NCBI GenBank assembly: GCA_024642545.1
Contig: JAHEAW010000001.1
Coordinates: 18,117-82,116 of the forward strand
Direction: 5' to 3'
Source: Erythrobacteraceae bacterium
GTDB lineage: Bacteria; Pseudomonadota; Alphaproteobacteria; Sphingomonadales; Sphingomonadaceae
Length of the DNA: 64,000 nt
Below the pieces are notes generated by a model. The model had not been told where the DNA came from. It did not search any database and was given only the letters and a program-made list of their open reading frames with translations. The number at the start of each line of letters is the position of its first letter. Positions within the stretch are counted from its first letter, which is position 1. The position numbers and the translations under genes are program-made. Below, one piece after another: positions 19,948 through 28,234 of the stretch.

Positions 19948-20558
19948 TATTTGCTGACCCTTACTTGTAATGTTTCGCCATTGTTGCCGGGAAAATCCCG
20001 GAACAGAGCGTCTGCGATCGTTGCCGCAGCCGCGCTGTTAGCGGCAAGTGGTGAACCGTCGCTTACCGAAAACAGCGCCCGGCCTTCCCACAGCACTGTG
20101 CCCTTGGCCGCATCGCGAATGCTGACGCTGAGCCGGGTGGTCAGGTTGGAGCGCTTTTTCTTGCCCAGATTGATGCCGATACCAAGACCCATGCCCGAGC
20201 CATAGGAACCGGTGCTGCCGCCAAGGCCGACACTGACCGGGCTGCGGCTGGGCTGTGGCTGGCCAACCTGCTGTTCCATTGTCACTTGGGCGATTTGTCC
20301 GGCCCGCGCGCGCGGCGCTTCGCTATATCCAAGGCGCACCAGATTGTGTGCCACCGCCGCATCAAAAGGTGCCATTTCAAGGCTGCTGGCGTCAATCCCG
20401 GGGGCGTTTTCGACAAATATGGTCCCGCTGCCCAGCTGCGCCTGCAATTCCGGGCGGACAAAACGTGTGACTTCAACCGGGCCGGGCGCCGCAGTTGTCG
20501 CACAGCCGGACAAAGCGGCAGCGCCCGCGGCAGCAAGCGCGATGGAGACTATTTTCAT
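19947..20558 (-). CDS. DUF4136-like lipoprotein (paralog of 49983-50672)
   Basis: Lipobox LSGC after [15 protein letters not shown]. The C-terminal [18 protein letters not shown] is mirrored in the second copy. Confidence 0.45.
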   Translation of the reverse strand: MKIVSIALAAAGAAALSGCATTAAPGPVEVTRFVRPELQAQLGSGTIFVENAPGIDASSLEMAPFDAAVAHNLVRLGYSEAPRARAGQIAQVTMEQQVGQPQPSRSPVSVGLGGSTGSYGSGMGLGIGINLGKKKRSNLTTRLSVSIRDAAKGTVLWEGRALFSVSDGSPLAANSAAAATIADALFRDFPGNNGETLQVRVSK

Positions 20559-20677
20559 GCAGGGCTTCCTTTCCAGATCCAGCCAGTCACAGGCATGGTG
20601 CATTACTGCCTAGCCAACCAACGCATGAAGCGCCAGAAGGGGCTTTGTATTCTATGTAGTCCAACAGGCCGCCCCGC

Positions 20678-21700
20678 ATGACATCCAACCGTTCCGACAA
20701 ACCCCGCGTTCTGGTCACAGGCGGCGCTGGCTACATTGGCAGCCATGCGGTGCTGGCGCTGCGCGATGCGGGCTGGCCAGTTGCGGTAATCGACAATTTC
20801 ACTACCGGTTTCCGCTTTGCCGTGCCGGGCGATGTTGCTCTGTATGAAGGCGATATCGAGGATGGCGAACTGCTGGCACGGATATTTGCGGAACAGAATA
20901 TCGGCGCGGTGATGCATTTTGCCGGTTCGATTGTAGTGCCGGAATCGGTCGAAAATCCGCTCAAATATTACCACAACAATACGGTGAAGAGCCGCGCGCT
21001 GATCGCAGCAGTGGTGGCCGCAGGCGTGCCGCATTTCATCTTCAGTTCGACAGCCGCGACTTATGGCATTCCCGATGTCTCGCCCGTGACAGAGGACAGC
21101 CCGCAAGTCCCGATCAACCCTTATGGCTGGTCCAAGCTGATGACCGAACAGATGCTGAGCGATGTGTCTGCTGCGCACCCGCTCAACTTTTGTGCTTTGC
21201 GCTATTTCAATGTTGCCGGCGCTGACCCGCAAGCGCGCAGCGGCCAGTCAACTGCCGGTGCGACCCATCTGATCAAAGTGGCAGTGGAAGCAGCGCTGGG
21301 CAAACGCGCCAATGTCGCGGTGTTTGGGACCGATTATGACACGCCCGATGGCACCGGAGTGCGCGATTATATCCATGTGTCCGACCTTGCTGCTGCCCAT
21401 GTGCTGGCGCTGGAAGCGCTGATCGCGAGGCCGGATCGCTCGCTTAAGATGAACTGCGGATATGGTCAGGGGTTCTCGGTGCTCGAAGTGCTCGACGCGG
21501 TTGACCGGGTGACCAATCGCAAGCTGGAGCGCGTGATGAAGCCACGCCGTGCGGGTGACCCGGCAGCGCTGATTTCCGATCCAGCCCGCCTTCGCGCTGC
21601 GCTGCCTTGGCGGCCGAAACATGCCGACCTTGATGAAATCATTGCCCATGCACTGCAATGGGAACGACGGCTGGGAGAAATCAGGGGCGAGCCGGCTTGA
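20678..21700 (+). CDS. galE: UDP-glucose 4-epimerase
   Basis: Rossmann motif VTGGAGYIGSH and catalytic YGWSK (YxxxK). 340 aa. Confidence 0.92.
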   Translation: MTSNRSDKPRVLVTGGAGYIGSHAVLALRDAGWPVAVIDNFTTGFRFAVPGDVALYEGDIEDGELLARIFAEQNIGAVMHFAGSIVVPESVENPLKYYHNNTVKSRALIAAVVAAGVPHFIFSSTAATYGIPDVSPVTEDSPQVPINPYGWSKLMTEQMLSDVSAAHPLNFCALRYFNVAGADPQARSGQSTAGATHLIKVAVEAALGKRANVAVFGTDYDTPDGTGVRDYIHVSDLAAAHVLALEALIARPDRSLKMNCGYGQGFSVLEVLDAVDRVTNRKLERVMKPRRAGDPAALISDPARLRAALPWRPKHADLDEIIAHALQWERRLGEIRGEPA

Positions 21701-21764
21701 GGTTTTGACGGCGAATCTGTTGACTTCGCTGCGCACCGCCCGTATCGGGCCTCCTTGAAATTCC

Positions 21765-21797
21765 GGCATCGGAGCCATCTCCGGTGCCCCTTTTTTT
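21765..21797 (+). terminator. intrinsic-terminator-like hairpin plus T7 tract
   Basis: GGCATCGGAG / CTCCGGTGCC: 10-bp stem with one G-U pair and loop CCAT, then CC and TTTTTTT. Lies 64 nt after the galE stop and ends 13 nt before the rpmJ ATG. Confidence 0.6.
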
Positions 21798-21809
21798 GGA
21801 AAAACAGCC

Positions 21810-21935
21810 ATGAAGATTCGCAACAGCCTCAAGTCGCTGAAGAACCGCCACCGCGATTGCCGCGTTATCCGCCGCCGTGGGCGCACATATGTCATCAACA
21901 AGACCAATCGCCGGTTCAAGGCCCGGCAGGGCTGA
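21810..21935 (+). CDS. rpmJ: 50S ribosomal protein L36 (41 aa, non-zinc-ribbon YkgO-like type)
   Basis: Translated by hand: [41 protein letters not shown], then TGA. Too short for the supplied ORF track. Confidence 0.9.
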   Translation: MKIRNSLKSLKNRHRDCRVIRRRGRTYVINKTNRRFKARQG

Positions 21936-22029
21936 TTCGTTTATTGGCATGTCCCGTTAAGGCGGGGTTTGAAACAAGGGACCGGCCCGCCTCTGTCTAG
22001 GAGCGCGGGCCGTTCCTGTATCTGCGGCG

Positions 22030-22668
22030 GTGAAAGGATCGGAAACAGTGGCGGCAAGTGCGGTCAAGGCAGTCGTGTTCGATGTGGGGCGCGTGATTTA
22101 CCAATGGGACATGCGCTGCCTGTTCGCCAAATTGATTGATGACCCCGAGCAACTTGACTGGTTTCTCGCAAATGTCGTGACTGAGGAATGGCATTTCCAG
22201 CACGATGCGGGCCGCTCGCTGGCGGAGATGGTGCCCGAAAGAACAGCGCTGTTTCCCGAGTATGCGGCTTTGATCGAAGCGTATGCTGAACGGTTTATCG
22301 AGACAATCCCCGGGCCTGTGCCGGGCACCGCTGCGCTTATCGAGGCATTGGACCGCGCCGGTTATCCGCTGTTTGCGATTACCAATTTCGGGGCTGAGTT
22401 CTGGGACATGTTTGCCCCGTCCCGGCCAGAGTTTGTCTATATGCAGGACATTGTCGTTTCCGGGCGCGAACGTCTGGTGAAGCCGGACGCTGCTATTTTT
22501 GAACTTGCCGCTCAGCGTTTCGGCTTCGCGCCGCAAGAGTTGCTGTTCATCGATGACAATGCCGTCAATATTGCTGCTGCTGCAGCACTGGACTGGCAAG
22601 TGCACCATTTTTCTGACGCGGCAACGCTGGCGTCAGACCTCGAGGCACGCGGGCTTCTTTTCGCGTAA
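22030..22668 (+). CDS. HAD-superfamily hydrolase
   Basis: Motif I VVFDVGRV (DxG variant), and FIDDN near the C-terminus (motif IV-like). An alternative GTG start at 22048 has better spacing from AAGGA. Confidence 0.72.
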   Translation: MKGSETVAASAVKAVVFDVGRVIYQWDMRCLFAKLIDDPEQLDWFLANVVTEEWHFQHDAGRSLAEMVPERTALFPEYAALIEAYAERFIETIPGPVPGTAALIEALDRAGYPLFAITNFGAEFWDMFAPSRPEFVYMQDIVVSGRERLVKPDAAIFELAAQRFGFAPQELLFIDDNAVNIAAAAALDWQVHHFSDAATLASDLEARGLLFA

Positions 22669-22670
22669 AT

Positions 22671-22700
22671 AAGGCCCCCGGCGCTTGCGCCGGAGGCCTT
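22671..22700. terminator. GC-rich hairpin between convergent genes
   Basis: AAGGCCCCCGGCGC-TT-GCGCCGGAGGCCTT (one mismatch). On the minus strand it is followed by TTATTTA. A second small hairpin CCTCTC-AATCAA-GAGAGG lies at 22710-22727. Confidence 0.45.
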
Positions 22701-22742
22701 GAGGTCCGTCCTCTCAATCAAGAGAGGCGGGGAGGAACCGGA

Positions 22743-23102
22743 TTACTTGCCGTTGCAGTCAGCCAGCTTTTCAGCCGCCAAATCTTCGCCATTGGCAGTA
22801 AATTTGCTGACTTCGCCCAGCTTTTGAGCGACGCGCTTGCATACCAGGACCGGGCGTGAATTGCCCTTGCCGCCGAGGCAGGTGGTACCGTCACACTGCC
22901 ACACGATGCCATCGATGATCGATTGAGCATGCGCTGCCGGAGCGGCCAGTTCGACCGTGTAATAGGGGGTTGCGGCCTGCACCGGGGTGGGGCTGAGCGC
23001 CGCACCAAAGGTGAGTGCGGTGTACATCAGCGCGAGCACGCCAGCGCCAATTTTGGCAGAAGCATTGCCGAAGCGCGGACCGGTTGGGGAGAAGAGGGTC
23101 AT
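22743..23102 (-). CDS. small secreted protein with four Cys
   Basis: Signal-peptide-like region ending PVQAATPYY. Mature ~75 aa with WQCDGTTC...VCKR...DCNGK. Resembles small conserved alphaproteobacterial secreted proteins; family not certain. Confidence 0.5.
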   Translation of the reverse strand: MTLFSPTGPRFGNASAKIGAGVLALMYTALTFGAALSPTPVQAATPYYTVELAAPAAHAQSIIDGIVWQCDGTTCLGGKGNSRPVLVCKRVAQKLGEVSKFTANGEDLAAEKLADCNGK

Positions 23103-23309
23103 GATCGCTATTCCTTATTGTAATGACGGGCGCGAGGGGGCGAACCGCCGGGTTTCAATCTTCGCTGGAAACCGCCCTGTTCGACTCGGGCAACAACCAG
23201 TTGCGAATCGCTACTTAATGAATTACATTTCAAGTTGCAACTAAAAACTTAGTTTGAGGTTTGTGACCGGCGCAATTCGCGCTAGACGCTACGGCGGAGA
23301 GAGATTCTA

Positions 23310-23882
23310 ATGGGTGAATTACGCGAACCACTGAAGGAACTGACAGTCTGCGGGCTGCCGGAAGCGCTGGAAACGATGGGCGAACGCTGGTCATTCATGA
23401 TCCTGCGCGCTTCGTTCAACGGACTGCATCACTTTGAGGAATTCCTGAGCGAGCTGGGTATTGCCCGCAATATCCTCTCCAGCCGGCTGACCAAACTGGT
23501 CGATCACGGCATTCTCAACCGTGAGCCGTGCGCTGAAGATCGGCGGCGGATTGAATATCGGTTGACCGAAAAAGGGCTGGACCTGTTGCCCGCGATGCTG
23601 GCGCTGCGCCAGTGGGGCCAGAAATACGGCAGCGAAATCGAAGAAAATCCGGTGCTGGTGGATGATTTGGACCGGCTGCCGATCGGGCCGGTATCAATTT
23701 TGGCGCATGATGGCCGCATTCTCAATTATATGGATTTGTGCCTGCAGGCGCGCGATCAGGTCGGAATCAGGCCCGATGGTTCACGGGCGCAAGAAAGCCG
23801 CGATCCGTGTAGCCCCGGCAGTTACGCCCGGATGCTGGCAGAACGCGAAATTGAGACACCGCCCCGCGCTGCCAATGGATGA
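23310..23882 (+). CDS. HxlR-family winged-helix transcriptional regulator
   Basis: CGLPEALETMGERWSFMILRASFNGLHHFEEF...GIARNILSSRLTKLVDHGIL is the HxlR signature region. Confidence 0.8.
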   Translation: MGELREPLKELTVCGLPEALETMGERWSFMILRASFNGLHHFEEFLSELGIARNILSSRLTKLVDHGILNREPCAEDRRRIEYRLTEKGLDLLPAMLALRQWGQKYGSEIEENPVLVDDLDRLPIGPVSILAHDGRILNYMDLCLQARDQVGIRPDGSRAQESRDPCSPGSYARMLAEREIETPPRAANG

Positions 23883-23884
23883 AT

Positions 23885-24649
23885 CTAGCCCGGTTGGCGC
23901 TTCAGCTCGTAAGTAATCTTGATCCTCACCCAGTCACCTACCATCGACTGGCCGCCCACGCGCGGTGGACGAACGCGGAATTGCCACGCAGCGGCGAGCA
24001 CTGCGCGGCCGATCCCCGAACCACCTGGAAATTCGGCATTGAGCACACAGTGATCCACCCGAAAATCAGGAACTGTCTGACAATTGATCAGCGCCCAGCC
24101 GGGGCCGCTGGCGGTTGAAAGATAGCCGCTTAGCTCGTCCGGATAAGGCTCCCGGTACCATGATGCAGCATAGAGCGGTTCGCCATGCGGCCCGCTGCCG
24201 GCCACGCGCTGCGAATCGCTCGGGCTGCCGCTGTTTGGCGGCCCCATCGGCCCCTTGATCACCGCTTTGGGCTTGGCAGGTACCAGCTGCGAGATATCGG
24301 CTGAAGCCATTTGCTGCGGGTTGAGCGGGATCAGTGCAGGCATCTGCTGTGCAGCGGGCGCTGCGTCGGGCTGGGGCACGGGCGGCACCGGCGATGGCTT
24401 CTGCAGCTGGGCCGCTTTGGCCTTTTCCGGTGGGGCTTTTCTTTCGGGCGGAGCAGGCGGCTGGTCAGGGTGCGAATCGGCATCAAAACTGACCATCGCC
24501 ACTTGCCGCGGCTGATGCCTGGCCGCAGTCATGCCCAGGGTCAGCAATATCAGCAGCAGCCCCACTTCCAGCGCAATCGCCAGCACCATTCCGGCCACAC
24601 GCTGCCGCACATCCTGCGGATCGCGGCCCGGCAAGAACCGCTCAATCAC
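23885..24649 (-). CDS. TonB-family energy transducer
   Basis: N-terminal TM helix, Pro-rich spacer (PDQPPAPPERKAPPEKAKAAQLQKPSPVPPVPQP) and a C-terminal TonB-like domain. Confidence 0.7.
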   Translation of the reverse strand: MIERFLPGRDPQDVRQRVAGMVLAIALEVGLLLILLTLGMTAARHQPRQVAMVSFDADSHPDQPPAPPERKAPPEKAKAAQLQKPSPVPPVPQPDAAPAAQQMPALIPLNPQQMASADISQLVPAKPKAVIKGPMGPPNSGSPSDSQRVAGSGPHGEPLYAASWYREPYPDELSGYLSTASGPGWALINCQTVPDFRVDHCVLNAEFPGGSGIGRAVLAAAWQFRVRPPRVGGQSMVGDWVRIKITYELKRQPG

Positions 24650-24833
24650 CCTGGTCAGGAATCCGGCGTGGCTGACGTCACTATCACGGGGGGGTGACTG
24701 AAAAATGGGGGCCGACCTTCACATGTCGCTTGGCGGGGGGGCGAATCAACGCATCGCTTGGTTGCGTTCGCAGCCTTGATAGAGAGTGCAGCCCCCCTTC
24801 ACAAATTCAAAACTGGACTCTCGCATAACTGCT

Positions 24834-26348
24834 TCATGCCCGCGGCGGTTGGCGGCGGTAGCTTAGCGCTTCGGCGATATGGATGCGGCCGATGTCCTCT
24901 GTGCCAGACAGGTCGGCGATGGTACGGGCGACACGCAGCATGCGGGTATAGCCGCGCGCTGACAGCCGCATTGCCCCTGCCGCCTGCAGCAGCAGCTTGC
25001 GCCCCGCTTCGTCGGGCGCGGCAAAGTGTTCCAGAGCTTCACCGTCAAGTTCGGCATTGGTGCGGGCGCCGGTTTGCGCGCTCCGGTTGCTCTGAACTGC
25101 GCGTGCATGCGCGACCCGCGCGGCAACTTCGGCGCTGCCTTCTGCTGGCGGAGGCAGGGCGAGGTCGGCGGCGCTGACCGGATCAACTTCGACATGCAGG
25201 TCAATCCGGTCGAGCATTGGCCCGCTGACCTTGCTTTGATAGTCGGCGGCGCAGCGCGGCGCGCGGCTGCAGGCCAGCGCTGCATCACCCAGATGACCGC
25301 AGCGGCACGGGTTCATCGCTGCGATCAGCTGGACGCGTGCAGGAAAAGTGACGTGAGCGTTGGCGCGGGCAACATCGACCTTGCCCGTTTCCAGCGGCTG
25401 GCGCAGCGAATCGAGCACCGCGCGTTGAAATTCAGGCAATTCATCGAGGAACAGCACGCCCAGATGGGCCAGCGAGACCTCACCCGGCTTGACCTTCAGT
25501 CCGCCGCCAGTGAGCGCGGCCATGCTGGCGGAATGATGCGGCGCGCGAAATGGCCGGGCGCGGCTGATCCGCCCGCCATCAAGCATGCCCGAAACTGATT
25601 GCACCATTGATACCTCCAGCGCTTCGGCAGGGGTCAGTTCGGGTAGAATTCCGGGCAGGCAGCTGGCCAACAGGCTTTTGCCCGCACCCGGCGGCCCGTT
25701 CATGAGTAGATTATGCCCGCCCGCTGCGGCAATTTCGAGGGCGCGCTTGGCGCTTTCCTGCCCTTTGACTTGCTTGAGGTCAGGTCCGGGCGGGGCCGGC
25801 TCTACCTCGCCAGCTTGCGGTGGGTTGAGCGTTTGCGTGCCTTTCAAATGATTCAGCAGGCTAACCAGATCGGGCGCAGCGGCAATGGGGATACCTGCTG
25901 CCCAGCGTGCTTCGGCTCCCTGGCTGGCCGGGCAGATCAACCCGGTTTCCGCTTCGCTGGCATGGATGGCGGCAAGCAGCACGCCGGGCGAGGGGACCAC
26001 CCGCCCATCAAGCGCGAGTTCACCAACTGCAATCCAGTCTGTCAGCCCTTCGCTGTCAGTCACCCCCATTGCCGCAAGCAGCGCCAGCGCGATTGGCAGA
26101 TCGTAATGCGATCCTTCCTTGGGCAGATCGGCCGGCGACAGGTTGATGGTGATCCGCTTGGGCGGTAGCGACAGGCCCATTGCGGCCAGCGCCGATTGCA
26201 CCCGTTCGCGGCTTTCGCCCACGGCCTTGTCCGCCAGCCCGACGATGGAAAAGCGCGGCAGACCCGGCGCAAGCTGGCACTGCACCTCCACCGCACGCGC
26301 CTCCAGCCCGAGATAGGCCACGGTCCTGACCAATGCGACCACATTCAC
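24834..26348 (-). CDS. comM: YifB/ComM family Mg-chelatase-like AAA+ ATPase
   Basis: N-terminal Lon-like domain, Walker A GPPGAGKS, Walker B VLFLDELPEF. GTG start. 504 aa. Confidence 0.92.
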   Translation of the reverse strand: MNVVALVRTVAYLGLEARAVEVQCQLAPGLPRFSIVGLADKAVGESRERVQSALAAMGLSLPPKRITINLSPADLPKEGSHYDLPIALALLAAMGVTDSEGLTDWIAVGELALDGRVVPSPGVLLAAIHASEAETGLICPASQGAEARWAAGIPIAAAPDLVSLLNHLKGTQTLNPPQAGEVEPAPPGPDLKQVKGQESAKRALEIAAAGGHNLLMNGPPGAGKSLLASCLPGILPELTPAEALEVSMVQSVSGMLDGGRISRARPFRAPHHSASMAALTGGGLKVKPGEVSLAHLGVLFLDELPEFQRAVLDSLRQPLETGKVDVARANAHVTFPARVQLIAAMNPCRCGHLGDAALACSRAPRCAADYQSKVSGPMLDRIDLHVEVDPVSAADLALPPPAEGSAEVAARVAHARAVQSNRSAQTGARTNAELDGEALEHFAAPDEAGRKLLLQAAGAMRLSARGYTRMLRVARTIADLSGTEDIGRIHIAEALSYRRQPPRA

Positions 26349-26507
26349 CCCCTGTTTGTTCCAGTCCCTTTTGACCGTAAAAAATGCACGAGTCGAGCGG
26401 CAAATAGCTGAAATTACTTAGATCGGGCCTCGGCCCCCGGACCGTCAACCAAATTGCAACCATTCCGGATAGGAAAGCGGCAAGGGTCAAAGGCCCAAGA
26501 CTTGGCC

Positions 26508-27326
26508 ATGCGCAGACTATTCGCCCTGCTGATACCGCTTGCCGCTATGCCCGCTGCGCCGGCGAGCGCGCGGGTGGTGTCGGTCGAAACTTATGTCGAA
26601 CAGTGGGATCCGCAGAGCCAGCAATGGGTCCGGCTTGGCCCAGAGGAAGAACAGCGGGCGCTTTTGGAGCATGAAGACGTGGCAGGCGATCAAGGTGCGG
26701 AACGGTTTGTCCCGGCACCTGCCGCCGCGAGTGAACCCGCTATTGCCCGCTATGGCCCGTTCCGCGTGATGGATACGCAGCGGGCCGAACTCGTCGGTGT
26801 CACCGACAGCCGCAGTCCGGCGCAATTTGCTGCCATGGTGCATGATTTCCCGAAGCTCGCCACATTGGATATGATTGAGTGCCCGGGCACTGATGATGAC
26901 CGGGCCAATCTGAAGTTGGGCCGGATGATCCGCGCGGCAGGCATTGCCACCCATGTTCCGGCGGGCGGCTCTGTGCGCTCTGGCGCGGTTGAGTTGTTCC
27001 TGGCCGGACAGCAGCAGCGGATAGACGATGGTGCTGAATTTGCCGTGCATAGCTGGCGCGACAATACCGGCCATCAGCCGCAAGACTTTGCCCCCGATTC
27101 GGCTGAGAACCGGGTCTATCTTTCCTATTACGGCGAAATGGGCTTCACGCCGGAACGGGCGCGGGCGTTTTACAATATGACCAATTCGGTCAGCTTCGCG
27201 GGTGCCAAATGGCTCACGGCGCAGGACATGCGTGCGTGGCTGGGCTTGAAAGCGGCCCAGAAAAATTCCCCCGAAGCGGCAAAACTGCAGATTGCTTATC
27301 TTGACTTGGGGCAATCGTTCCCCTAA
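26508..27326 (+). CDS. secreted hypothetical protein
   Basis: Start trimmed to MRRLFALLIPLAAMPAAPASA (signal peptide). No family recognised. Confidence 0.5.
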   Translation: MRRLFALLIPLAAMPAAPASARVVSVETYVEQWDPQSQQWVRLGPEEEQRALLEHEDVAGDQGAERFVPAPAAASEPAIARYGPFRVMDTQRAELVGVTDSRSPAQFAAMVHDFPKLATLDMIECPGTDDDRANLKLGRMIRAAGIATHVPAGGSVRSGAVELFLAGQQQRIDDGAEFAVHSWRDNTGHQPQDFAPDSAENRVYLSYYGEMGFTPERARAFYNMTNSVSFAGAKWLTAQDMRAWLGLKAAQKNSPEAAKLQIAYLDLGQSFP

Positions 27327-27344
27327 CCGCCCGGCTTGATTGAT

Positions 27345-27381
27345 GGCCTCCCTGTCGAGGGCGGCCCTTTTTATTTGTTTT
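27345..27381 (+). terminator. hairpin plus T-rich tract immediately upstream of rpmH
   Basis: GGCCTCCC-TGTCGA-GGGCGGCC (one T/C mismatch) followed by CTTTTTATTTGTTTT. Then GAGG and the rpmH ATG at 27391. Confidence 0.5.
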
Positions 27382-27390
27382 GAGGTTATC

Positions 27391-27525
27391 ATGAAGCGGA
27401 CTTTCCAGCCCAGCAATCTCGTGCGTTCGCGCCGCCATGGCTTCTTCGCCCGCAAGGCGACTGTGGGCGGCCGCAAGGTGCTTCGCGCTCGCCGTGCCCG
27501 TGGCCGCAAAAAACTCAGCGCCTGA
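27391..27525 (+). CDS. rpmH: 50S ribosomal protein L34
   Basis: [48 protein letters not shown] lies 5 nt upstream of the ATG. Confidence 0.95.
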   Translation: MKRTFQPSNLVRSRRHGFFARKATVGGRKVLRARRARGRKKLSA

Positions 27526-27553
27526 GGCGGCGGGGGAAACCTTAGCCTCTGAC

Positions 27554-27922
27554 ATGGTGTTGGTGCTGACGCGCCGCGCTGATTTCCTGAATGCCAACCG
27601 GGGCCTGCGCGTAGCACGTCCCGGTTTTGTGTTGCTGGCCCAGCCGAATCGCGGACAGGGCAAGCGCTACGGCATCACTGTAACCAAGAAGATCGGCAAT
27701 GCGGTGGTGCGCAACCGGATGAAGCGCCGCTTTCGCGAATTGCTGCGCGCTGCCTTGCCCGAAGCCGGACTGCCCGATCATGACTATGTGCTGATCGGAC
27801 GCGAAGGCGGGGTGGAGCGCGATTTTGCGCGGCTCCAGGCCGAATTGGCGCGCGCTCTGGCCAAAGCGGCTGCGGGCCAAGGTGATCCGCCGCGCCGACC
27901 AAGGTCCACTCGCCGCCGATGA
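27554..27922 (+). CDS. rnpA: ribonuclease P protein component
   Basis: KKIGNAVVRNRMKRRFRE (RNR motif). Position after rpmH. Start trimmed to MVLVLTRR. Confidence 0.88.
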   Translation: MVLVLTRRADFLNANRGLRVARPGFVLLAQPNRGQGKRYGITVTKKIGNAVVRNRMKRRFRELLRAALPEAGLPDHDYVLIGREGGVERDFARLQAELARALAKAAAGQGDPPRRPRSTRRR

Positions 27923-27976
27923 ACGGTGCATTGCACACTCTGGTGCATTCGCATCCGAACCCTATTTAGGGACCAG

Positions 27977-28186
27977 GTGAAATATCTGCTCATCTTCCTT
28001 GCCCGTCTTTGGCAGCTTGGCCCTTCGCTGATTCTGCCCCCGTCGTGCCGCTATTCTCCCAGCTGTTCGCAATATGCGATCGAAGCCTTGGGTAAATATG
28101 GTGCGATCAAGGGTGGATGGCTGGCGCTTAAGCGTATACTGCGCTGTCAACCGTGGGGTGGGCACGGGCACGATCCAGTGCCCTGA
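27977..28186 (+). CDS. yidD: membrane protein insertion efficiency factor YidD
   Basis: [11 protein letters not shown] motif. GTG at 27977 gives a typical ~69-aa product; the listed ORF begins at 27926. Confidence 0.85.
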   Translation: MKYLLIFLARLWQLGPSLILPPSCRYSPSCSQYAIEALGKYGAIKGGWLALKRILRCQPWGGHGHDPVP

Positions 28187-28234
28187 CCGGTCTGAACCAG
28201 TTTTTGATATGCTATAGATACAGGATCCGAACAG

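Noticed and set aside
24688-24797. Homopolymer tracts G7 (24688-24694), G7 (24735-24741) and C6 (24792-24797) between comM and the TonB-family gene, as possible phase-variation switches.
   Set aside because: They are intergenic, with no evidence of length variation and no contingency-locus context. More likely they belong to GC-rich terminator or hairpin structures downstream of comM.
26349-26507. A LexA (SOS) box upstream of comM, a gene reported in alphaproteobacterial LexA regulons.
   Set aside because: Only isolated GTTC/GAAC half-sites are present (for example TTTGTTCCAGTCCC). There is no GTTC-N7-GTTC direct repeat.
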